64,000 nt of DNA from a bacterium (GTDB taxonomy: Bacteria > Zhuqueibacterota > Zhuqueibacteria > Residuimicrobiales > Krinioviventaceae): contig CAXXFV010000010.1 in assembly GCA_963674595.2 (NCBI GenBank), positions 1 to 64,000 on the forward strand. The letters are read 5' to 3'. The position numbers were made by a program, and so were the translations under genes. This document shows positions 50,319-58,946 of this stretch, one piece after another. The notes below the pieces were generated by a model that saw only the letters and a program-made list of their open reading frames with translations, was not told the DNA's origin and made no database searches. Numbering within the stretch: the first letter of the stretch is position 1; each line of letters opens with the position of its first letter.

Positions 50319-51281
50319 TTACTCACCAATTATCGTTTCGAAAGGTAATGTAGCTCTTATAGTTGCCTTTAACTCATTTAATGCTAAATAAATATTATCG
50401 AGATCCCAAATAATAGTTGTATGGTGATTTGTATCAAAATGTGGTTTTGTTTTAATATCATCAAAAGCTTTCTTTTCACATAAATATATTACTGGTTTTC
50501 CAAGACCCTCAGCATATCCTGCTTCCCAATATGCACCATTATTATTATGGGAAAGGTCTGCAAGTAAAATTCTTGATTTCCTGATTTCTACTCTTAACTG
50601 ATTATCAATTAATCCTGCTTGTAACACATCTTTTAGTATTCGTAATTCAAAGCCTGTTTCTTCAACTGCTGGGACGAAATATTCTCTAAATATTTTTATC
50701 ATCTTCTCATCATATTGCATTGCCATAAAGGATATTTTACTATCAGACCCTTTTATTAATATTTCATGATACTTTTCCCAACCATTAAAAGTCAGACCAA
50801 ACTTGCATATAGGACCATCCTCACGTGCATCACCACATTTTTTGAAATATATTAACCCTCTATTTGAGAGTTCTGAAGAAATATAATCTACATCTGAAGG
50901 AAACTTAGCACCAATTATTGAGGTAACATGTCTACCAATCCTTTCAATGTTTTCAGCATAATGTGTTAATGTCGAACCTAAAAATAAAATCAGATTTTCT
51001 GATTGCTCATGTAATGTAGGTAAATTAATCTCATATGGTATTTTACTGAAAATATTAACAGTAACTTTTACAGGTTTATTTTCTGATTGATTATTCCTTA
51101 TCCAATAACTTAATACCCACCTCCAGTCTTCGTGTGGATCATCAGGATCTATCATTGCTTTAATTTTTTTTTCTAATTGAAATTTCCCGCATCTTGGGCA
51201 ATCGATGGACAAAACATTATTTACAATATCATCGTAAATTTTATTAAGAAGTGTTGATTTACATATAAGGCATTTCTGCAT
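50319..51281 (-). CDS. Zn-finger/winged-helix protein with C-terminal nucleoside 2-deoxyribosyltransferase/TIR-like domain; candidate defence effector
   Basis: CxxC..CPRCG; FMAM, ADLSHNNNGAYWEAGYAEGLGKPVI, HFD. Confidence 0.8.
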   Translation of the reverse strand: MQKCLICKSTLLNKIYDDIVNNVLSIDCPRCGKFQLEKKIKAMIDPDDPHEDWRWVLSYWIRNNQSENKPVKVTVNIFSKIPYEINLPTLHEQSENLILFLGSTLTHYAENIERIGRHVTSIIGAKFPSDVDYISSELSNRGLIYFKKCGDAREDGPICKFGLTFNGWEKYHEILIKGSDSKISFMAMQYDEKMIKIFREYFVPAVEETGFELRILKDVLQAGLIDNQLRVEIRKSRILLADLSHNNNGAYWEAGYAEGLGKPVIYLCEKKAFDDIKTKPHFDTNHHTTIIWDLDNIYLALNELKATIRATLPFETIIGE

Positions 51282-51476
51282 TCAACTTCTCCTATTATAA
51301 CAATGTTAATTAATTATATGAACCAATTGCCCCTATAATGCTAATTACCAGACATACAGAATTGGTATTGAATTATCATAACAGCTAAGCCAGAATTTGA
51401 TCGCTTATGAGCTATGCCATATTTTGCGGTACAACGGCAAGCAAAAATAGCATTAAGAAATAAAACACTTAAATAT

Positions 51477-51701
51477 TTATGAACAAGCTCGAATAATCAA
51501 TATTACAATAAGTATTGTAAATGCAAATTTTGCGAAACTCCAAATTCCCATTAACAAATTTAGACCTGCTGCCATTATTGCACCAACTAATCCATCTTCT
51601 TGATATGATTCTAAAACCATCATAATTGCAATAAATATACGCCATAATACTACAATACCAATGTAAACAAGAGCTAACCAAAATAATATTTGACCGATCA
51701 T
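51477..51701 (-). CDS. Small membrane protein
   Basis: Hydrophobic 74 aa with RBS AAGGA. Confidence 0.6.
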   Translation of the reverse strand: MIGQILFWLALVYIGIVVLWRIFIAIMMVLESYQEDGLVGAIMAAGLNLLMGIWSFAKFAFTILIVILIIRACS

Positions 51702-51772
51702 TTTAGATTCCTTTTTAAATCAGTAAATAAGGATAGTTATTGAAATAAATATTAGTGCAATAACACATAGTC

Positions 51773-52147
51773 AAGCTACCTTTATCAAGCAGCAAGTATT
51801 TTCTAATATTGGAAGATTTTGTTTATATGTGCTTTCCACAGATTTATAAAGAAACAATTTCAAATACATACATTTTGCTAGGAAAATATCTTGATTAATA
51901 TTGAACATAAACTGAACCAACCCAATAATTTTGACCGGGAAATAACAGGAATATGACTATCTAACCGACGCAATTCTTTCCTCGTAACTGTTTTTACTTC
52001 CCATATATTAATTTTATGTGGTAATTCAGTTAAAGGCTTTCAGGACTCCCATTTCCGACCATATTGTCCTAAAAAATCTTCCTTTTACCTGACAAAATAA
52101 TGATACAAATTTATAATTTTTCCCGCAAGTTGTTTTTAAAGAATTTA
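51773..52147 (-). promoter_or_regulatory. Promoter (TTGCGG 52128-52123, N17, TATCAT 52105-52100) plus conserved leader, copy 2
   Basis: Homologous to 19720..20048. Confidence 0.7.
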
Positions 52148-52171
52148 ATTTTTTTTTCTCTTCAAAAATAT

Positions 52172-52197
52172 AAAAGCCCCGCATCACTACGAGGCTT
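52172..52197 (-). terminator. Intrinsic terminator ending the terminase operon
   Basis: AAGCCTCGTA-GTGA-TGCGGGGCTTTT. Confidence 0.75.
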
Positions 52198-52228
52198 GAC
52201 AAACGATTAAGTCCCCCCTTCTAAACCC

Positions 52229-52423
52229 TCAATACTTGTAATAAACATCTCTTAAATAACTCACAGAAAACCCGCTCTTTCTAGAGACCTCCCGGATTGC
52301 ATCACTTGCCGGACTTTTAGAGCCACTCTTTTCAAATACTTTACTCATTTCGTAAATATGGTTTTTTAATATCGTCAATCGTTTCTTTGTCGACTTTAAC
52401 TTTGGATTTATTTGTACTGGCAT
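52229..52423 (-). CDS. Small HTH-like protein
   Basis: AIREVSRKSGFSVSYLRDVYY; RBS AAAGGA. Confidence 0.55.
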   Translation of the reverse strand: MPVQINPKLKSTKKRLTILKNHIYEMSKVFEKSGSKSPASDAIREVSRKSGFSVSYLRDVYYKY

Positions 52424-52444
52424 ATTATTCCTTTCTATTAAAAT

Positions 52445-54124
52445 TTATCTGGCCTTTCCAGCTCTGCTCCACACCATCGATCCCCCGATAGTTCCACCAA
52501 TTTCTTCACTGATTAAAGAATATGCTGCTGCATGAAGTAAGTGGTCTCCACTGATGGGCTTGCTCCAAACCTGACGATTTGTGTTTGGGTCAAAATACCT
52601 AACTGGTAATGTAAAATGGTCCAATAACTCACCGTCAGATACTTTTCTCCAGTTTCTCGGAAAGATAAATCCATCCTGTTCACTTTTTAAAATATTCTTT
52701 AAAACACGATCAAGCGCTTGTGTCCGGTCAAGAGCGATAATTTTATTATCAATGTCAACTGTCTGATCTTGCAAGCTCCCCCCTTTTTTATACCAACACA
52801 GCCATACTTTACCAGGTCGGGATGCTTGCAGTTCTTTGGCTTTTGTGGTATCATATTCACCATCGATTGTACATACTTCGACATTATATTGATCAATTAA
52901 AAAATCCAGTGTGTCCCAATCATAAGCTGCGCCACAAGCAACCAGTCGTTTTCTTCCATTATATCGTTCCCAAATGAAATAGTGATGCCGTCCACCCGGA
53001 TCAACTCCCATAAAAGTATTGTTTCCTGTCGATGGCATGAGATAATCATCTTTACATTTTTCCATCAAAGCTTCAGTTATTTTACTTCCCTTTGGAGCAA
53101 AAGCACGGCCCAGGTTTGAGTTGTGAAACAATTGTGTCTTTGTGGTATCTCCCAGTGCTTCCTGAAATTCATTCCACAATTCCAAAAGATCAGTATCAAA
53201 ACTGATCAACCTTGAAAATCGGTAACCGACTCTTGGTTTATCCGGATATTTAGCAACCCATTCACCGACCCAGGGTTCATATATAATCTTTTCACATTTA
53301 TCACAGATGATTTGAGGCTTTCCCTTTTCTTCTTTAATGACTTTATAAATCAAACCTTCAGAATCAACCTGACGAACAACATGTTTAAACCAATCCAGTT
53401 CAATGTATTTATTACAATGCTGACACCGGGTCAGGTATCGGGATTGATTTGTAGACCGGTATAAACCATCCACACCACAATTTTCAACAGTGGGTCGTGA
53501 TGAATAGCGGAGCATTTTATATTCAGATGCTTTCAACCTGTCTTTTAACTGGTCCAGGTTGTCCATGTCTGATTCATCATATTCATCAACAAAAGCGATA
53601 TCTACAGGATTTTCTACAAACTCTGTCCTTGAATTCGATCCCACAAACCGCATGGTCCCTTTACCATAATGTTTCTGTAAAACACTGTCACTTTCACCGC
53701 CTTCATCCAAATGACTTTTGTACAGGGGAACATAACTAAGAAGTTTGTCAATCCGGTCATGTACAAAGTTTGATCTCAGGGTTTGGTTCGGCATGACATA
53801 CAGACCACGTAATCCACTGGAAACATAGTGGAGCAATTCAACTAAAAGACGCTCCGTAATTCCGACCTGTACCGGCTTGATAAACACCATAAACTGAGGC
53901 ATTTCTGTTTTGGGTTTTATTCCTTTGGCGATGTCATTGAAAAAGCCTGGCGGAGCATATAAATCCTGCAGCCAGTCCCGATTGATAAAAGACATGCGCT
54001 TGAAATGCCGGTTTAAATGATGTTCTCTGGCCAACCCGAACACCGGAGCCAGGGTATTAATACTCTCTCTGAATTTTACTAACTGAGTTAATGTCAATGA
54101 TGTTAAATACTCAGGAGTGACCAT
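52445..54124 (-). CDS. terL: Terminase large subunit (lambda gpA family)
   Basis: KPVQVGITE Walker A variant, FVDEYD Walker B, SRPT, C..C Zn site, MGVDPG nuclease, DHLLHA. Confidence 0.92.
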   Translation of the reverse strand: MVTPEYLTSLTLTQLVKFRESINTLAPVFGLAREHHLNRHFKRMSFINRDWLQDLYAPPGFFNDIAKGIKPKTEMPQFMVFIKPVQVGITERLLVELLHYVSSGLRGLYVMPNQTLRSNFVHDRIDKLLSYVPLYKSHLDEGGESDSVLQKHYGKGTMRFVGSNSRTEFVENPVDIAFVDEYDESDMDNLDQLKDRLKASEYKMLRYSSRPTVENCGVDGLYRSTNQSRYLTRCQHCNKYIELDWFKHVVRQVDSEGLIYKVIKEEKGKPQIICDKCEKIIYEPWVGEWVAKYPDKPRVGYRFSRLISFDTDLLELWNEFQEALGDTTKTQLFHNSNLGRAFAPKGSKITEALMEKCKDDYLMPSTGNNTFMGVDPGGRHHYFIWERYNGRKRLVACGAAYDWDTLDFLIDQYNVEVCTIDGEYDTTKAKELQASRPGKVWLCWYKKGGSLQDQTVDIDNKIIALDRTQALDRVLKNILKSEQDGFIFPRNWRKVSDGELLDHFTLPVRYFDPNTNRQVWSKPISGDHLLHAAAYSLISEEIGGTIGGSMVWSRAGKAR

Positions 54125-54515
54125 TTTCACCCCTGTTTTTAAAAATAGCCAGCTCCTCAGTAAGAATATCAAGAGCCTTGTCTTTGGTCATCTCTTTCGT
54201 TTCTACAGGACCACCATCAGCACCGGTAATTTCCTGTCTCCGGGAATATCCCCGGTCCTTACCCTTTGTCGACAGGATAAACTTAATGGCCCACGGCTGA
54301 GCATTCAGAGCAGCATCTTCAAGTTTCAATTCAACTTTGTCAAGGGTTCGTTCTTTTTCTTCCTCGAAGACAGCTTTTACTGTTGCATACTTTTGTATAT
54401 AGTTATATATAGTTTTACGTTCACAACCTAAGGCCATAGCTGCATAAGTAGCGTTGCCCCGCGTTTTCCTTAAAGCTTCAATAACCTGTTTTGTCGTAAA
54501 AATATTTTCTGCCAT
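54111..54515 (-). CDS. terS: Terminase small subunit-like (Fis-type HTH)
   Basis: GNATYAAMALGCERKTIY, AI.F.L..KGK.RGY, EITGADGGPV; upstream of terL. Confidence 0.8.
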   Translation of the reverse strand: MAENIFTTKQVIEALRKTRGNATYAAMALGCERKTIYNYIQKYATVKAVFEEEKERTLDKVELKLEDAALNAQPWAIKFILSTKGKDRGYSRRQEITGADGGPVETKEMTKDKALDILTEELAIFKNRGENGHS

Positions 54516-54567
54516 AAAAAAAAGCCTACCAGTGTGTAAAATGTGTAAAATGTTTAAAGCACAACTT

Positions 54568-55254
54568 TTAATAACTATTCTTTGAGGTTACATATTGAAA
54601 GCCATCTCCCCCGCTTCCGATCATTGTCAAATCCGGTCTAAACAGCGGAGGCCTCTCGATCGACGGTTCCCAGGTTGACAACTCTTGCTCCTGCGGAATC
54701 ATTACAATCTTTCCGTTTTGAATATCAGATAAAACTTTTCTAAATAACCTGACACCCATAGGTTGTAATTCACGCCGCCATAGTGAAGAAGCCGTATCAT
54801 CTGACCTTATAAAACAAAAGTCATGTGCCGCAATTGGTCCGGCATCGACATTATCTGTTAACCAATACACTGTGCCACCCGTTACTTTTTCATTCATCCT
54901 GATGGACCAATATATAGCATCACGACCTCTATGAAGCGGCAGCAATGAAGGGTGGAAACCGATCGCTCCAAATTTTGTTTTCAACCTGGTCTTTTTACTT
55001 ATGAAATCATGAGAATGGGCAGCAATAATCAAATCCACATTTTCCGGTAATGATTCAGCATTTAACTTTCCAGCTTCAACAAGAATGACTTTATCCCTGA
55101 GTGCAGTATGATAGAGCCTGTCATATTTTCCCGTGTAATTCGACGGGGCACTGACACCGACAATATTATATCCCTGTTCTTTGACCATGTCATAGACCAG
55201 TTTTCCAAAATACTTTTGACCTGTAATAAATATATTAATATCCTGTGGATTCAA
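54568..55254 (-). CDS. Formyltransferase (N10-formyl-THF dependent, Fmt/PurN fold, N-terminal domain only)
   Basis: FHPSLLPLHRG, GGTV.W...VDAGPI. Confidence 0.9.
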   Translation of the reverse strand: MNPQDINIFITGQKYFGKLVYDMVKEQGYNIVGVSAPSNYTGKYDRLYHTALRDKVILVEAGKLNAESLPENVDLIIAAHSHDFISKKTRLKTKFGAIGFHPSLLPLHRGRDAIYWSIRMNEKVTGGTVYWLTDNVDAGPIAAHDFCFIRSDDTASSLWRRELQPMGVRLFRKVLSDIQNGKIVMIPQEQELSTWEPSIERPPLFRPDLTMIGSGGDGFQYVTSKNSY

Positions 55255-56399
55255 TTTTCACCTCGGGTTGATGTTTTTGTTTGATTGCCAATGTATTTAA
55301 AACTTTGAACCGCACGAAAATGCCCACCATATCCGGCACCACGTATGTTCCCTTTCCCGGTTCGTAAAATACTTTTGATTGAAGAAAGTTTGTTATCACC
55401 ATATAAGGATGCTTTTTTATGAATCCATAACGGAGATCTTCTTAAATAACCACACAGTTGCGGGTGACTGGTATGAAAAAAAGTTGAATACTTTTTGAAA
55501 CATCTGCCAAAGCCTTCCAGGTGATATTGTGCAATCCAATTTAAAAAGGTTGTTCCGACACCAGCCCCTTGCCATTCCGGCATAACGACCAACCGGGTTG
55601 CCCGATAAGCATGAGCAGTAAAAAGCGGACTGACCATGACATGTGAAACAAGCTCACCATCGACAGTGCCCACAAAAGCTTCTGCAGCCGGGGGAATCGG
55701 TAAATCTAAATAATAATGCGGTTTAAAATATTTCCAGTAACTATAGTCTGTCTTCCTGATTTCGAGTTCAAATTTGGGACGTCGCCGAAGACGCCCCCGT
55801 TCAAAATTTTTACTTTTCGTATCAAATACCCAATCAGGCTCGAGCCAATCCAAAACATCATAATGCGGTGTTAATAAGACACATTTGCCATTCGGATTTG
55901 AGCGACGCCAGGACTTTTGAAAAGCTTGAGCACCTATTTTAGCGATTTGTCTGTCAACCACACTGGTGAACTCATCAATAACGACTTGTTCAGGTTTTTC
56001 ACAAATAATTCGGGCCAAACCAGCCCGGAATTTTTCACCATTACTCAAAACATGAAAAGGTCTTAACCATGAAGGCACATCTCCAAGTCCAACTGCCGCC
56101 AAAGCACCCGTGACATTATCAAATGAACCATCAGGGATGATACAATCGATAATCGGTTTATCTGCCGGCCAACCTTCTTCATAATTATGTATCAAATTTT
56201 CTTTAAAAATCAATTTACCGATGGAGGTTTTGCCGCTTCCGGACGGACCGACTACAACTCCTATATTCCAACTGTCTTCAATATCAATATCAGCAATCAA
56301 ATCAAAGTTACAACCACTCTCAGCATTAAATAGACTCTTAACACGAGCAGCCCTGTAACTGGTAAAATCAGAACATTTATTATGTACTTTTATTTTCAT
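55251..56399 (-). CDS. ABC-type ATPase fused to GNAT acyltransferase
   Basis: GPSGSGKT, LSNGEKFR, IDEFTS; RLVVMPEWQGAGVG acyl-CoA-binding motif. Confidence 0.9.
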   Translation of the reverse strand: MKIKVHNKCSDFTSYRAARVKSLFNAESGCNFDLIADIDIEDSWNIGVVVGPSGSGKTSIGKLIFKENLIHNYEEGWPADKPIIDCIIPDGSFDNVTGALAAVGLGDVPSWLRPFHVLSNGEKFRAGLARIICEKPEQVVIDEFTSVVDRQIAKIGAQAFQKSWRRSNPNGKCVLLTPHYDVLDWLEPDWVFDTKSKNFERGRLRRRPKFELEIRKTDYSYWKYFKPHYYLDLPIPPAAEAFVGTVDGELVSHVMVSPLFTAHAYRATRLVVMPEWQGAGVGTTFLNWIAQYHLEGFGRCFKKYSTFFHTSHPQLCGYLRRSPLWIHKKASLYGDNKLSSIKSILRTGKGNIRGAGYGGHFRAVQSFKYIGNQTKTSTRGEN

Positions 56400-56959
56400 A
56401 CAGTCACCACCTTACAGGTATATCCTTGTTCCATTAATTCATCATAGACTTGCTTTTGTTGCTCTTCACTGTCACACATCACAATGACGCCAAACTGCTG
56501 TTTGTAGTGAATGCCTTCCTCACTGTTTGAATCCGGGGCATCATCTGAAATTTCTTCCTGATTATTAGACAGTTCTTTTAAAAGTTTATTGATATCTTCA
56601 TCCTCAGACTGAACTTTATCCAACAAATCAGTTAAAAGTTTTTCATCTGTTTCCGCTAAAGCAGATATCGGGTCAAAAACTGAAAGAGCAAGCATTTCCT
56701 CCTCTTGAGTAAGGTCTACATATTTTACTGGAACCTGTGTCTCTTTGTTTTTCATAGCAAGTGTGACTCGCAAATGACCATCTATTAAATGTCCTGTTTG
56801 TTTATTTATAATAACGTCCTGAATCCAACCTATCTCTTTTAATAAACCCTGTAAAACATCCTGTTGAAACTTGGGATGAATACGATAATTAAAAGGATTT
56901 GATAAAATGTTAATCGGGTTTTCCTCTCCGCTTCCGATTATTCTGTTCTGCCACTTCAT
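56396..56959 (-). CDS. ParB/Srx N-terminal domain protein with small C-terminal domain
   Basis: NP.N.R.H, IDGHLR; ATGA overlap with the next gene. Confidence 0.85.
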   Translation of the reverse strand: MKWQNRIIGSGEENPINILSNPFNYRIHPKFQQDVLQGLLKEIGWIQDVIINKQTGHLIDGHLRVTLAMKNKETQVPVKYVDLTQEEEMLALSVFDPISALAETDEKLLTDLLDKVQSEDEDINKLLKELSNNQEEISDDAPDSNSEEGIHYKQQFGVIVMCDSEEQQKQVYDELMEQGYTCKVVTV

Positions 56960-57072
56960 AGCACCTCCAGGCTTTCAGAGATTTAGTAATATTGTTAGTT
57001 ATCGTCTATCTCTGCGCCCTCCCGATCCATTGGTTTATTTTCTCCGTCAGTAATGCATGTCCGTTTTCCTCA

Positions 57073-57642
57073 TTAAAGATTAATGGTTAATTGCTCAGAA
57101 TACGATTTTATCAAATCATACCAGGGCTGTTTTTGAGACAACAAAGGCCATTTATGAATTGTGGCCGCCAACTGATGCAACGCTTCAAATGTCAAATTCC
57201 CGACAAAACGATTGGCAAATTGAAAAACATACCGTCCGATCAAGGCACTGTTGATCTCCGGGATATTTCTCAAATTCAACCGGAGAGTTTGTAAAACGAC
57301 CTGACGTTTCATATAGTCCTGATGCCTGACCCGGTTCCATTGTGACGGGCTGATAAGGATATGAGAATCAAATATCTCTTTACAGATCGTCAGTTGTGTT
57401 TGAACGGCATGGGCATTCACCGCCCATGTCATTCTCCCGTTTGTTTGCCGGTCATGGTCCTCAATGACAGCAAAAGCAATATTGTGATGTTGTTTTGTTT
57501 TCTGTAACCTTTCACTAAAATCAAGATGTCTAAAATATTTTATCGTCCCGGTATTTATATGTTTGCCATACTGGTCCCAGACGGTTAACCCGGTAAAACT
57601 ACCAGGGGAAATACTCACAAAAGTCACATTCTTCATAATCAC
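57073..57642 (-). CDS. RuvC-like RNase H-fold protein, probably inactive
   Basis: SISPG..TG, VIED, P.QW, EINSA (Asp replaced by Ser and Asn). Confidence 0.6.
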   Translation of the reverse strand: MIMKNVTFVSISPGSFTGLTVWDQYGKHINTGTIKYFRHLDFSERLQKTKQHHNIAFAVIEDHDRQTNGRMTWAVNAHAVQTQLTICKEIFDSHILISPSQWNRVRHQDYMKRQVVLQTLRLNLRNIPEINSALIGRYVFQFANRFVGNLTFEALHQLAATIHKWPLLSQKQPWYDLIKSYSEQLTINL

Positions 57643-57645
57643 ACC

Positions 57646-58272
57646 TTAATTGTTTTGGTTGGCAAGCCATGGTTTTAATTGATTGACGGTCGGATATTGC
57701 AGTTGTTTGGAAGCCATCCACTTCATAGCTGTAAACCCGCCACCATTTGTGTCGAAATCTATAATTCCAAAAATCAGTTTACCCATCAGCGCCGAATCGG
57801 TTTGATGAGGATTTGGCAGTTGTTCACCAAACATACTCCTGGCCCATTGTCGTTTAAAAGTATCATTTTTCCCTTGCCGGTTCCATTGGATGTGAAGGAT
57901 TAAGATGTGGTCCGAAAACACTTCTTTACATATCTGGATTTGGACAGAGACTTTATAAGCGTTTTTTCTTTTCATACCGATAAATGGCTTATAGTCTTCA
58001 AGAAGAATAAATTCAATTTTATATTCTTTTTTAATCTGTTCCAGTAAAAGCTTGTATTGCTGAGTATCCTTAAAAGGTAAATTTTTTGAACAAACCTTTG
58101 ATCCGATACCGTCAAAAATACTGATACCGCCGGGATTGCCCGGATCAATAGCTCCCCAAAATCTGTTTAAATTCGACATCGCCTTTTGTTTTTGAGGCTC
58201 CAACAAAGCTGCTATAGAACTATTCTGCAATCGAATCATGTCATACTCCTGTTTTCTTTCCCAAATCATCAC
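57646..58272 (-). CDS. RuvC-like Holliday junction resolvase
   Basis: AIDPG..GG, LLED, QW, HQTDSA. Confidence 0.7.
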   Translation of the reverse strand: MMIWERKQEYDMIRLQNSSIAALLEPQKQKAMSNLNRFWGAIDPGNPGGISIFDGIGSKVCSKNLPFKDTQQYKLLLEQIKKEYKIEFILLEDYKPFIGMKRKNAYKVSVQIQICKEVFSDHILILHIQWNRQGKNDTFKRQWARSMFGEQLPNPHQTDSALMGKLIFGIIDFDTNGGGFTAMKWMASKQLQYPTVNQLKPWLANQNN

Positions 58273-58946
58273 CTTTGAGATTCGCCTTGAATCTCTACAT
58301 ATTTAAACAACTTTTTATCCGACCAGCGGTCAACTACACGGGTGTATATTTCTATCTCTCTCAGTTGTTTACTGTCAAGATTTGTAGTGATGATAGTCGG
58401 TAATAAATTCGCGTACCGGTACTCCACAAAATCCTCAAACGAGGATACCGGAAATTCATGTTGATATTCTCTGCCAAAATCATCAAGCAATAACAGCCTG
58501 CATTTTTTAAATTCATCAACCACCCTGTTTTTTTCAAAAAATAGACTGAAAATATGGTTGATAGATGCAAACTTGACAGTACAAAACGGCTTGTATTTAA
58601 CGGGATACCAGCCATCATTAAACTCGGATTTTGTAATTTCACCCAAACCAAAAACAGATTTGGCGATATAACACAGGGCCGTTGTTTTACCGACTCCGAC
58701 ACTTCCACTAAAAACGATCCCTTGACCGGTACGAATATTTTCTGCTAAATTTTTAACATAATTGAAAACAACAGAACTACCGGCAAGCCTTTTTTTGTCA
58801 GTGTCCCAATACATTCGACCGATACCAATTTCCAGCAAAAACGCTCGCAATTTTTCAGAGCGAAATGACTCGAACCGTTTGTTCTCCAAATCCTCGCGTT
58901 GCTGTCGGTCGAGTTGTTTGTTTCTTATAATTTCCGGTATTGCCAT
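58269..58946 (-). CDS. DnaC/IstB-like AAA+ helicase loader
   Basis: GSVGVGKT, LLLLDDFG, RY....PTIITTN, R..DR. Confidence 0.9.
   Translation of the reverse strand: MAIPEIIRNKQLDRQQREDLENKRFESFRSEKLRAFLLEIGIGRMYWDTDKKRLAGSSVVFNYVKNLAENIRTGQGIVFSGSVGVGKTTALCYIAKSVFGLGEITKSEFNDGWYPVKYKPFCTVKFASINHIFSLFFEKNRVVDEFKKCRLLLLDDFGREYQHEFPVSSFEDFVEYRYANLLPTIITTNLDSKQLREIEIYTRVVDRWSDKKLFKYVEIQGESQR

Noticed and set aside
54532-54558. TGTGTAAAA repeats upstream of terS as a pac/cos site
   Set aside because: Only two and a half short copies; not distinguishable from chance without read-end data.
54568-55254. Housekeeping fmt or purN
   Set aside because: Lacks the Fmt C-terminal domain and is coupled to phage genes; no gene symbol given.
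55251-56399. ABC transporter ATP-binding subunit
   Set aside because: No permease nearby; fused to a GNAT domain in a phage packaging context.
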